A stretch of 48,596 nucleotides of DNA from Candidatus Margulisiibacteriota bacterium (GTDB lineage Bacteria > Margulisbacteria > Termititenacia > Termititenacales > Termititenacaceae): contig JAITIS010000096.1 of the NCBI GenBank assembly GCA_031279305.1, positions 1-48,596 on the forward strand. Direction: 5' to 3'. A program made the position numbers and the translations under genes. This document shows, in pieces, positions 22,301 through 31,419 of the stretch. Position 1 is the stretch's first letter; the number at the start of each line of letters is the position of its first letter. The notes under the pieces were generated by a model. The model did not search any database. It was not told the DNA's origin and saw only the letters and a list, made by a program, of their open reading frames with translations.

Positions 22301-23475
22301 TCTTTTTTATACAGAGCCGGAGCCGTGATAAAAATATCTTTGTCGCCGCGGCCGGACATATTGATAACCGCTATTTTATTTTTAGGCAGCTGGGGAATTA
22401 TTTTTAAGGCCGCGGCTGCCGCGTGCGCGGACTCCAGAGCGAAAAGCAGGCCTTCGGTTCTGGCCAGACACCGGTAGGCGCGCAATACTTCGGCATCTTT
22501 GGCCAGCGTGAATTCTATACGTCCGCTGTCTGCCAGAGCCGCCAGCTCCGGTCCTATGCCGATATAGTCCAGACCGGCGGAGATAGAACGCGTGGGCTGC
22601 GCCTGTCCGTCCGCGGTCTGGACAAAACGCGATTTGTAGCCTTCGATAATACCCGCGGGACTATTACGGCAAATCCGCGAAGCGTGCTGGCCGGGTTTAT
22701 TGCCGGCGCCGCCGGCTTCCACGGCGATGAGCCTAGTTTTCTTATTTTTAAGAAAAGGCGCGAACATCCCAATGGCGTTGGAACCGCCGCCGCAGCAGGC
22801 GATAAGCACATCGGGCAGCCTCCGCTCCCTCTGAAATATCTGCTGTTTTAGCTCGCGTCCGATAACGCCTTGAAAAAATTTAACCATATCCGGATACGGG
22901 TAAGGCCCCAGCGCCGAGCCGATCAAATAATGCGCATCCGCATAACAGGCCGACCAGCGTTTGAGACAGGCGTTCACCGCGTCCTTGAGAGTCTTAGTTC
23001 CGTCATTCACTATATTGACCGCCGCGCCGTACTGCTTTATTAAGAAAACATTGGGCTGCTGGCGCGCCGCGTCCACCGCGCCCATAAATATTTCACAGCG
23101 CAGGCCCAGTCTAGCGCAGGCCGCGGCGACCGCCACGCCGTGCTGCCCAGCGCCGGTTTCGGCGATCACGGCAGTCTTGCCCATTTTTTTGGCCAGCAAA
23201 GCCTGACCGAGAGCGTTGTTTATTTTATGCGCGCCGGTATTGGCCAGTCCCTCCAGCTTGATATAGATTTTCGCGCTGCCTAGAGCGCGTGTTAGATTTT
23301 CGGCATAGAGCAGAGGCGTGGGACGCCCGGCATAATGCGTCAAAAGATCTTTATATTCCGCCAGAAATTTTTTATCTTTACGACACTCAGCAAAAGCCGA
23401 GGCCAAATCGACCAGCGCCGGTTTCAAAACCTCGCCGACATACTGGCCGCCGTACCGGCCAAAATATTCAGGCAC
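22255..23475 (-). CDS. trpB: Tryptophan synthase beta chain
   Basis: Motifs YFGRYGGQYV, LKLEGLANTGAHKINN and GGGSNA are present. The start was trimmed to the GTG at 23475, which lies 6 nt after GGAGG and overlaps the trpCF stop by 8 nt. Confidence 0.93.
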   Translation of the reverse strand: MPEYFGRYGGQYVGEVLKPALVDLASAFAECRKDKKFLAEYKDLLTHYAGRPTPLLYAENLTRALGSAKIYIKLEGLANTGAHKINNALGQALLAKKMGKTAVIAETGAGQHGVAVAAACARLGLRCEIFMGAVDAARQQPNVFLIKQYGAAVNIVNDGTKTLKDAVNACLKRWSACYADAHYLIGSALGPYPYPDMVKFFQGVIGRELKQQIFQRERRLPDVLIACCGGGSNAIGMFAPFLKNKKTRLIAVEAGGAGNKPGQHASRICRNSPAGIIEGYKSRFVQTADGQAQPTRSISAGLDYIGIGPELAALADSGRIEFTLAKDAEVLRAYRCLARTEGLLFALESAHAAAAALKIIPQLPKNKIAVINMSGRGDKDIFITAPALYKKEWLEFLRQETERLCG

Positions 23476-24838
23476 GCGCCACCTCCTGCACAAAGTCAAG
23501 CATTTTTTGCCGATCTTTAACCCCAGGACGCTTCTCCACGCCGGAACTGACATCGACCAGCGAGGGACGCATGCTCCGGATCATCCGCCGGATATTTCGG
23601 GGAGTCAATCCGCCGGCCAGCCATTGCCCCCGGATAAGCCTATGCTTCCGCGCAGGTATCCGCCGGCCTTTTACCAGCGCGCTGGTTTTGGGCGCGTCAT
23701 AGAGCGTCACCGGCAAAGCGCGGCGGCGCAGGTCAGCGGCAGCCAAATAGGCGCTGCCAGCCAGAGCATAAATATCCGCTTCATTATAAGTCTGCACGGC
23801 GTCGAGCAGTCCGGCGCGCAGCAGCTTTTTTATTTCCGGCGTCACTTTTTTAACCACAGCAATTTTTAAGATTTTTATATTCTTAACCGCGCGCAATAAT
23901 TCCGCGCTGGTAAAACGCGGCGAATCCGGCACAAAAATAAACCCGGCCGCATCCGCGCCGGCGCGGGCGGCCAGTTTTACATCGGCTTTATTTGTCAGTC
24001 CGCAGATTTTGACATAAATATTTTTTTTAGCGGCATAAAGTCTGGTGAAAAAATTGGGGGGCTGCCCAGCGCCGCGCCGGAGAGCATTTATAAAATTCCT
24101 GATTGTCCGCGCTCTGCCCGCCGCCCTGACCGCCGCTGTGCCGATCAGCGCGGCGCGAAAGCCCGCATTGCCGATGATTTTCAGCAGATAGCCAGTATTC
24201 ACACCGGATTCATATACTACCGGGACATTTGGCGGAAGATAGGCTTTCAGTCGCAACGGCCAGTCGGGCTGGATCTGAAAAGTCTGCAAATCGCGGGAAT
24301 TGAGGCCGATTGCATCAGGCAGATTTTTAAGTTTCAAGATTTTCTGCAGAGCCTGCAGACTGTGCGCTTCACATAGAACCTGCAATTTATACTTATGCGC
24401 TTCAGCAATCAGTGCTTGCAAAAGACCGCCGCTTAAAATCTCCGCGATCAAAAGCACAGCGTCTGCGCCGGCGCGGTAAGCATGCGCGATGTCTTCCGTG
24501 CAGAATAAGAAATCTTTACGTAAGAACCCCCAACGGGGATATTTTTGCTTGAGCCTGTACAAATCCGCCAGAGAACCTTGAAAATATTTATGCTCCGTCA
24601 GCACCGAAAAACGCCGGACGCCGCCGCGCCGGTAATCCCGCGCCAGCTGGTCATAAGAACAACCACCCAAGCGGCCCTCCGCAGGCGAAGCCCTCTTAAA
24701 CTCCGCGATGATAAACGTCCGCGGCCCGTTAAAAAACGGCGTCACGGGAATGGTTCTTTTCGGGAAACCGGCGGCCAGAGCGCGGTCGCGCGCTAAAGAT
24801 TTTCGGCGGTCAGACACTATTTTATCCAGAATATTCAT
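23468..24838 (-). CDS. trpC: Bifunctional indole-3-glycerol-phosphate synthase / phosphoribosylanthranilate isomerase
   Basis: The N-terminal half has IGPS motifs (IIAEFKRASPAEG, LRKDF). The C-terminal half has PRAI motifs (VKICGLT...AGADAAGFIFVPDSPR). Confidence 0.9.
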   Translation of the reverse strand: MNILDKIVSDRRKSLARDRALAAGFPKRTIPVTPFFNGPRTFIIAEFKRASPAEGRLGGCSYDQLARDYRRGGVRRFSVLTEHKYFQGSLADLYRLKQKYPRWGFLRKDFLFCTEDIAHAYRAGADAVLLIAEILSGGLLQALIAEAHKYKLQVLCEAHSLQALQKILKLKNLPDAIGLNSRDLQTFQIQPDWPLRLKAYLPPNVPVVYESGVNTGYLLKIIGNAGFRAALIGTAAVRAAGRARTIRNFINALRRGAGQPPNFFTRLYAAKKNIYVKICGLTNKADVKLAARAGADAAGFIFVPDSPRFTSAELLRAVKNIKILKIAVVKKVTPEIKKLLRAGLLDAVQTYNEADIYALAGSAYLAAADLRRRALPVTLYDAPKTSALVKGRRIPARKHRLIRGQWLAGGLTPRNIRRMIRSMRPSLVDVSSGVEKRPGVKDRQKMLDFVQEVARA

Positions 24839-24841
24839 CGC

Positions 24842-26437
24842 CTATTGCTGAATCAGCGGCTCGATGCAGCCGGATAGATTTTTCTCTGCGAAATCCCGGT
24901 AAATCCGCGCATAGCCGTCCTTGATCGTCCGGGCTTTGCCCAGCAGATACAGAGCCGCGCCGGCGTTCAAAGCCACCGCTGCGGCGACCGCTCTGTTCCT
25001 GCGCGACTTTAATCCGGCGCGCAGTATATGCAGAAAAAGCCCGGCGTTCTGGCGAGCGGTGCCGCCGCGCAAATCCTCTGTCCGAAAACCTTTGATCCCC
25101 AGTTCCAGCGGATCAAGCTTATAGGATTTTATTTGCCCGGCCGCGGTCAGCTCGCGGACACAGGTCTTGCCGCAAACACTGATCTCATCCAAGCCGGACT
25201 CGGAATGCACGACCAGCGCGCGTTTCAAGCCTAGTTTTTTCAGGGTCCGAATAAACAAATCCAGCAAAGATAGATCGTAAACACCGATTATTTGATAACC
25301 GACCTGCAAAGGGTTGATCAGCGGCCCCAGCAGATTAAACACCGTGCGAAATTTAACCTCCTGCCGCACGCGTCCGACATATTTCATCGCGGGGTGATAC
25401 AGCGGCGCAAAGAAAAACGCAAAATTATTTTTGCGCAGGCTTTTCAAATTGGCCGGCAAGTCGCCGTCGGTTTTGACCCGCAAAGCTTGCAAAAAATCAT
25501 AACTGCCCGAAGATGAAGTAAAGGCGCGGTTGCCGTGCTTGGCAACCGGCACGCCGTAATGCGCGCAGACCAGCGCCGCCGCGCTGGAAATATTGAACGT
25601 GTGCTGCTCGTCTCCGCCGGTGCCGACAATATCCAGCGCGTCCGGTCTTTTTTGTCTGCTGGTCATTTTCCGGCGCATCGCCAGCGCAAAACCGGACAGT
25701 TCTGCCGGCGAAATACCTTTGACCGCGCATCCGCCCAAAAAAGCCCCCAGCTGGCTGTCTGTCAATTCGCCGTCCGTTATCTCGTCCATAATCGCCGCCG
25801 CTTCTTGCTGTGTCAGGCTCCTAGCCAAAGACAGCTTGCGCAACAAAACCAGTTTCTGTGTTTCTGTTCTTTTATAATTAAGAAAATTCTCCAGCATTTT
25901 CAAGCCGCTTTCCGCGCTGAAAGATTCGGGGTGGAACTGCAGGCCTTCGATCTGATATTTTTTGTGGCGGACGCCCATTATAGACTGGTCGCGCGCGGCC
26001 ACAGCGGTGGTTTCCAGACAGTCCGGCAGCCTGGCCGGATCAGCGATCAGCGAGTGGTAGCGCACGATCGTCAGACCCTGCCTAAGATTACGGAAAAGGC
26101 CGCGTTCGTCGTGTTCGACAGCATCGGTTTTGCCGTGAATGATCCGCCCGGCCTGCACAACCGCCCCGCCAAAGGCTTCCACGATAGCCTGATGTCCCAA
26201 ACAGACGCCTAGTATCGGGATCTTGCCGGCAAAATATTTAATCGCCGCGACGCTGATGCCGGCCGCGGCGGGAGCGCCGGCGCCCGGAGAAATAACAATA
26301 TGCGACGGCTTTAATTTAGCTATGGCGTCCAGCGTAAGCGCATCATTGCGCGCGACGCGCACGGTGCAGCCTAGAGTTTGCAAATACTGCGCTAAATTGT
26401 AGGTGAACGAATCATAATTATCGAGCAAAAGAATCAC
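24842..26437 (-). CDS. trpD: Bifunctional anthranilate synthase component II (glutamine amidotransferase) / anthranilate phosphoribosyltransferase
   Basis: The N-terminus is ILLLDNYDSFTYNL..GVCLGHQ..HPES. The C-terminus is GTGGDEQHTFNISSAAALV..KHGNRA. The GTG start overlaps the trpE stop (GTGA). Confidence 0.9.
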   Translation of the reverse strand: MILLLDNYDSFTYNLAQYLQTLGCTVRVARNDALTLDAIAKLKPSHIVISPGAGAPAAAGISVAAIKYFAGKIPILGVCLGHQAIVEAFGGAVVQAGRIIHGKTDAVEHDERGLFRNLRQGLTIVRYHSLIADPARLPDCLETTAVAARDQSIMGVRHKKYQIEGLQFHPESFSAESGLKMLENFLNYKRTETQKLVLLRKLSLARSLTQQEAAAIMDEITDGELTDSQLGAFLGGCAVKGISPAELSGFALAMRRKMTSRQKRPDALDIVGTGGDEQHTFNISSAAALVCAHYGVPVAKHGNRAFTSSSGSYDFLQALRVKTDGDLPANLKSLRKNNFAFFFAPLYHPAMKYVGRVRQEVKFRTVFNLLGPLINPLQVGYQIIGVYDLSLLDLFIRTLKKLGLKRALVVHSESGLDEISVCGKTCVRELTAAGQIKSYKLDPLELGIKGFRTEDLRGGTARQNAGLFLHILRAGLKSRRNRAVAAAVALNAGAALYLLGKARTIKDGYARIYRDFAEKNLSGCIEPLIQQ

Positions 26438-27846
26438 AATTCCACCCCCAGCGCGTTAAGCGTCGCCCGCGCTTTATTCAGCGTTTCCAAATATTCTTTT
26501 TCCGGATCGGAATCATAAACGATGCCCGCTCCGGACTGCACCAAAAACCGGCCGTCCCGGTGCAGAATCGCGCGGATCGTGATGCAGGAGTCAAAATTGC
26601 CGTCAACGTCGAAATAGCCGATCAGTCCGGCGTACGGCCCGCGCCGCGCCGGCTCCTGTTCGGACACCAGCTCGATGGCTTTAATTTTCGGCGCGCCGGA
26701 GACTGTGCCGGCGGGGAAAACTCCGCGGATAATCTCCGGCAGACCGATATCCGGCAGTTTTTGCGCCTGCACTTCCGACACCAGATGCATCACGGAGGCG
26801 TAGCGTTCCACAAAAAAAGCTCTGGTCACTTTGACCGAGCCGGGCAGAGCCAGCCGCCCGGCGTCATTGCGCGCCAGATCGATCAACATCAAATGTTCCG
26901 CGCGCTCTTTTTCGTCCGCCAGCAGCTCTTTTTCCCAAAGCAGATCTTCCGCCGGCGTCCCGCCGCGCGGTCTAGTGCCAGCGATCGGCTTGATGGTCAG
27001 CGTCTCGCCGGAGAGCTTCACCATAATCTCCGGCGAAGCGCCGAACAGCTGAAAATCCGCAAAGTCCAGATAAAAAAGATACGGCGAGGGATTGGCGCGG
27101 CGCAGGCGGCAGTAGGCTTCAAAAGCCGGCAGCGCCGAACGCACCAGAAACTGGCGGGAAAGCACGCCTTGAATTAGATCGCCGCGGATAATCGCGCGTT
27201 TGATGTCTGCCACGCCGGCCAGATAAGCGGATTTCGGCGCATCCAGAACTATTTCCGCCGGATATTTTTGCCTATCCTGAGCGTAAGCCCGAAAATCGCT
27301 GTCTTCCAGCCTGCTGATATATCCGGCGATCTGCGTCTCCAAAAGAGCGGCGTCCTCGCCCAAAGCCACAATATGCAGGTCGTTGCGGTAATGATCAAAA
27401 ACAACAAAAGCCGAACCGAAAATAAACTCGGCTTCCGGCGTGTCAATAACCGCCGGTTTTACGGCTAGTTTGATCGTGTCGCAAAAACGGCAGAACTCAT
27501 AGCTCAAATAACCGATGCCGCGCGCCGGCAGAGGAAAAGGCAGTTTGGCAGCGGTGATTTTTTGCCCCCGGTCAGCCAGCGCGTCCAGAAATTTCCGCGG
27601 ATCACGGCTGACTACTCTGCTCTGTCCGCCGGATGTCTCCACAATGCCATTTCCGGTCAAGGCAATTCTAGTCTCTGCCGCCAGCACAATAAAAGAATAG
27701 CGCCCGGCGCCTAAATCAAGCGCCGCGGATTCCAAAAGAGCCAAGCCATTTAGTTTTTTGCAGACTACCACCGGCGTCACCCGGTCCGCGCTGATAGTTT
27801 TATAAATACACTGCACGCCGCACCTTGTTTCTATATATAGAAACAC
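26434..27846 (-). CDS. trpE: Anthranilate synthase component I
   Basis: Motifs LLESA, the chorismate-binding core GTVSGAPK and GAGIVYDSDPEKEY are present. The start is uncertain: GTG at 27846 (no SD) or GTG at 27816 (AAGG 6 nt upstream). Confidence 0.9.
   Translation of the reverse strand: MFLYIETRCGVQCIYKTISADRVTPVVVCKKLNGLALLESAALDLGAGRYSFIVLAAETRIALTGNGIVETSGGQSRVVSRDPRKFLDALADRGQKITAAKLPFPLPARGIGYLSYEFCRFCDTIKLAVKPAVIDTPEAEFIFGSAFVVFDHYRNDLHIVALGEDAALLETQIAGYISRLEDSDFRAYAQDRQKYPAEIVLDAPKSAYLAGVADIKRAIIRGDLIQGVLSRQFLVRSALPAFEAYCRLRRANPSPYLFYLDFADFQLFGASPEIMVKLSGETLTIKPIAGTRPRGGTPAEDLLWEKELLADEKERAEHLMLIDLARNDAGRLALPGSVKVTRAFFVERYASVMHLVSEVQAQKLPDIGLPEIIRGVFPAGTVSGAPKIKAIELVSEQEPARRGPYAGLIGYFDVDGNFDSCITIRAILHRDGRFLVQSGAGIVYDSDPEKEYLETLNKARATLNALGVEL
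27826..27845. promoter_or_regulatory. Perfect 20-bp palindrome at the 5' edge of trpE (candidate operator overlapping a -10-like TATATA)
   Basis: The palindrome is TGTTTCTATATATAGAAACA. On the minus strand, TTGGCC-N17-TATATA can be read across it. Confidence 0.45.
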
Positions 27847-27870
27847 TCTATCACGGCCAAGTTGGTTTCG

Positions 27871-30800
27871 TCAACCGTGGAAACCCCTGGGCTTTCCTGC
27901 CGCATCCGGAGACTGCGGCGCGGCGGCGGGCTGTCTGCTGAGAAAAATATGCGCCTGCGCTATCTTAACCAGAGACAAATAAGGCTGGCCGGCACTATCT
28001 TCCTCATAAAAAAAGCTGGCCGGAACGCGCTGAGACATTTTTGCCAATAATAGGGCCAGCTGAGCTTTGAATTCGGCGCTGACCAACAAAGCGCAGGATT
28101 GATAATTGCTCTCGATATGGCTGTCGTGGCCATAACCTTGTTCAGAATGTTTCACAATTGCCTCCGCATACTCCGGCGCAGACAGGCCGAATAAAGTCTG
28201 GAAATAATACGCTGTGTTTCGGTAATGCATTTTAGCCAGCGTAAACACCAGCTGTTTATAAACAAAATCCGCGGCTTCGTGGCGCTCATCGTGCGCGCCG
28301 TAGCCATTGATTATGGTATGGGTCAGCAATTCTTGATCCTGCCAGACCTCGCCGCCATAAACTTTAGAGCTCTCCAGGCATTGATTCGCAAGTTTTTGCT
28401 GCCAGTCCGCCGCGCTGAGCGGTTCATTGCCGTCTGGCATAACAATTTCCGGAATTAAGGCACTGTACAAAACCAGCAAATTTTCCGGCGTGAAATGCAA
28501 AACATTTTCCGCCAGACATTTGTAAATATACAGCCCTAAATTATCCAGATTTACCGCCTGCAAGTCTTCATTATTGTCCAAAACCAGCACGTCTCTATCC
28601 AGACAGACATTGTTTTTCTGCAGCAGATATAGGGTGTCTGCCAGTCTGGACTGTAGCACGGGACTGGCGGAAAAACGGGTTTCGCTGAAAACTTTTGTCC
28701 AGCCTTCTCCCAACTCCGGAAAATCAACAGTTTGCTCAGAGCGGACAATAGTCAGTTCATTTGGAAAAAACAAATCGATCAATTTGAACAAAGAGAGCGT
28801 TCGCCAATCATAGATTTTTTCATCGGAAATATTCTGTATGGTATTGAGTGTGCCATCGGCATTTTGGCCGCCTAGCTCCAAACGCTGAAAATGCCAATTT
28901 TTACAAGCCTCCGCAATAAGTTTGGCCAATTCTTCCCTAGAATAATAAAAAGGGCTGCCGCCGGACGCTGGCTGCACTTCATTCAAGAGCTCTTGAATAT
29001 ACTCGCCCTGTTTGGTCTGCCAGCGGTTATCATTAGCCAGCAGCAATTCATAAAATCCTTGATTTGATTTGGGCGCCTGGGCAATAATCAGTCGCTCATC
29101 TAATTCAGCGGTTTTGAGCCAGACCTGTCCGCCGCCAGCCTCCAGATAAAAAGAACTCTGCAAATACCGAAAAGGTTTTGGCAGCTCCACCGTCGCCGAA
29201 ACGCGCATTTTATGCGGATCCATTTTATCTTGTTCCAGAGTGAATTTGGTCACCGGCAGGTCGCTATTTGGCCTGCCGTGCTCGGACACAGACCAATCTT
29301 CTGCTGTTGGTTCATAACGCCGGCCGTTTAGCCATTCTTCATCGTAGCCCACATAGTGAAAATAAAGCTTAAGTTCCTGTACAAAAGCCAGCAGATCAAA
29401 ATTGATGCCGGATAAATCCGGATTTCCGGCAAAAAGCACCGAGAAACTCAGAGGCAACTCCCTATCGTAAGCCACGAAATTGATATGTCCGCCTTTAGAT
29501 AAAAGATAATCACAATAATCCAGTTCAACCACATTCAAGCCGCCGTACCGCGCATATACCTGCGCCAGCATTTCTGAAGTGCCAGCCAGCCACTCATCAA
29601 CGCTTTGGGGTATGGCAAAGCCGGTTTGTTGATTGGCAAAACCGCGGTAGAGTTTGTACAGCAGCAAATTCAGCTGCTCGGCGGATTTTTCTTGTTCTTT
29701 AAGCAACCCGTGCAGGGCATTTAGCGCTATATCCAATTCTATCGTTTGATCCGGACGCTTTTTCCGGTTCTGCAGATCTTCGACCATAGCGCGCATAATA
29801 CTGTGCAGAATTACCATCTCCTTGACCGGAGTCCGGGCAAAATATTCCCTGACTTTGGCGGTGATCTCCGCCACGTTTATTTTCTGCGCGGCGGTTTCGA
29901 GCGTGCCAAAAGGCTTGCGGTAAGCGGAATAATCTCCAGCCAATAACCGCCCCCGGTCTAGAACATCCGCCCAGCCGTCCAGCGTGCAAAAAGATCCTTC
30001 CGCAAATCTTTGTTCCCGCAAATAACCGCTGTTTAAGTAAAGCAGATTGCCTTTTAATTCTCTGCCGCCGAGCACTGCCACGCCCGGAATGCCTCTTTCA
30101 CGGGCAATACGCGCGTCGTGCATATTGCGGTTGCCATAAAAAGTCAACAATCCGTCAAAGTCCCCGTCATTTAAGGCCTGCAAATATTCTTGGGTGCGTT
30201 CCGGCACAACTAAAATCACCTTGTCTCCCTTGCGGCGGTATTCTCCGGCTTTTGCCAAGGAAAAAGCCAAGCGGCCGGCCACCACGCCAGGCGACAGACT
30301 TTCAGCTTTGACAACTCCAAGGGGCACATTATCCTGACGCAGCTGTTCCTCGTTTAGTTTGTAAATCGTCTGCTGCTTATCTTCCAGATAAGCCTCGGTT
30401 ACTTCCTGCACGGTAATCAGGCCTTGAGCAAACATATCGGCCATAATCTTCTGCCGGGCAAAATCGGGAATTTCCGCGTCACGGGTCTGCAGAATATACA
30501 GTTTACCGCGCTCAACTGTGAATTCCACTTCCTGAGGCCGGCGAAAATTTTTTTCTAATTTATTTTTTATCTCCGTGAACTGCGCAAAAAAATCCACCCC
30601 AACTGCTTCCGGGCCAAAATCCATTTCCACATTCATAAAATTCAAAATACGATATTCTTTGGCCGACCCGGTCATTGTTTCATCGCCGCGGGCATTGAGA
30701 TGGTATGTGCCGGAAATTTTATTCTCGCCAGTCTGCATATCTCTGGTATAGAATGCTCCGCTGCCGCTCATTTCTCCGGCATCACCGTACACCATTTCTT

Positions 30801-31257
30801 GAACAATAAGCGCTAGACCGCTTTCCGGCGCAATACCGTGTCTGGCGCGGTAATCAACCGCCACCGGATTGTCCCAGGAAGCATAGGCTTTTTGCAGCGC
30901 GGCTTTTAGGTCATCTCTGCTGCGGATAGCCAGCCGGGTTTCATATATCCCCGGCATAGTTTCTATGCCGGACGAACGCGCCGCCAGAGAGATTTGTCCC
31001 GGAAAATCCGGGAAACTAAGCATTACTTGTTCTAACAGCGCTTCCAGATCAATATTGCTCAGGCCGACCTTGTTAAAAAGTTCAGTTGTGAATATTAAAA
31101 ACTTCGGCGTAGCAATGCCTAGATTAAGCAATTCCAATAGATTGGCGCCTTTCTTGCCCTGCAATCCGGCGTTAGGTACCGGGCGCACAATAGAATCAGA
31201 ACGCAGGCAATAAGCGCCGTGGAGTGTTTTTTTCTGATCGCTAAAAGCATTAAGCAT
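27871..31257 (-). CDS. PEP-synthase/PPDK-like ATP-grasp and phosphohistidine swivel domains fused to a ~690-aa uncharacterised C-terminal region
   Basis: aa 30-260 carry the PPDK_N-type motifs GKKGANLLEL, AARSSG.E.MPG, IVQEMVYGD..SGSGAFYTRD and EVEFTVERGKLYILQTRD. aa 310-400 form the swivel domain GNRNMHDARIARERGIPGVAV, with the His380 codon at 30118-30120. No PEP/pyruvate TIM-barrel motifs follow. Confidence 0.8.
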   Translation of the reverse strand: MLNAFSDQKKTLHGAYCLRSDSIVRPVPNAGLQGKKGANLLELLNLGIATPKFLIFTTELFNKVGLSNIDLEALLEQVMLSFPDFPGQISLAARSSGIETMPGIYETRLAIRSRDDLKAALQKAYASWDNPVAVDYRARHGIAPESGLALIVQEMVYGDAGEMSGSGAFYTRDMQTGENKISGTYHLNARGDETMTGSAKEYRILNFMNVEMDFGPEAVGVDFFAQFTEIKNKLEKNFRRPQEVEFTVERGKLYILQTRDAEIPDFARQKIMADMFAQGLITVQEVTEAYLEDKQQTIYKLNEEQLRQDNVPLGVVKAESLSPGVVAGRLAFSLAKAGEYRRKGDKVILVVPERTQEYLQALNDGDFDGLLTFYGNRNMHDARIARERGIPGVAVLGGRELKGNLLYLNSGYLREQRFAEGSFCTLDGWADVLDRGRLLAGDYSAYRKPFGTLETAAQKINVAEITAKVREYFARTPVKEMVILHSIMRAMVEDLQNRKKRPDQTIELDIALNALHGLLKEQEKSAEQLNLLLYKLYRGFANQQTGFAIPQSVDEWLAGTSEMLAQVYARYGGLNVVELDYCDYLLSKGGHINFVAYDRELPLSFSVLFAGNPDLSGINFDLLAFVQELKLYFHYVGYDEEWLNGRRYEPTAEDWSVSEHGRPNSDLPVTKFTLEQDKMDPHKMRVSATVELPKPFRYLQSSFYLEAGGGQVWLKTAELDERLIIAQAPKSNQGFYELLLANDNRWQTKQGEYIQELLNEVQPASGGSPFYYSREELAKLIAEACKNWHFQRLELGGQNADGTLNTIQNISDEKIYDWRTLSLFKLIDLFFPNELTIVRSEQTVDFPELGEGWTKVFSETRFSASPVLQSRLADTLYLLQKNNVCLDRDVLVLDNNEDLQAVNLDNLGLYIYKCLAENVLHFTPENLLVLYSALIPEIVMPDGNEPLSAADWQQKLANQCLESSKVYGGEVWQDQELLTHTIINGYGAHDERHEAADFVYKQLVFTLAKMHYRNTAYYFQTLFGLSAPEYAEAIVKHSEQGYGHDSHIESNYQSCALLVSAEFKAQLALLLAKMSQRVPASFFYEEDSAGQPYLSLVKIAQAHIFLSRQPAAAPQSPDAAGKPRGFHG

Positions 31258-31362
31258 ATATAAATAATATACCCCGCCTAAAGATGAATATACAAATAAT
31301 CCCTGGCTGGATATCGTAAATTTAACCTGTAAATTGCGCGGCTTTTAAGCCAAATTTTCAAT

Positions 31363-31391
31363 TTGCCTACCGGCTTATTTCTTGGCATAAT
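31363..31391 (+). promoter_or_regulatory. Sigma-70-like promoter for yebC-ycdX-uvrA
   Basis: The element reads TTGCCT-N17-CATAAT, about 28 nt upstream of the ATG. GGAGG lies between it and the start. Confidence 0.4.
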
Positions 31392-31419
31392 AAACTCTCT
31401 CAAAGAAGCTGGAGGCTTT

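Noticed and set aside
27847-27870. A possible trp leader-peptide attenuator or T-box upstream of trpE.
   Set aside because: Only 24 bp separate the upstream stop from the first possible trpE start. There is no room for a leader ORF with Trp codons or for alternative terminator/antiterminator hairpins.
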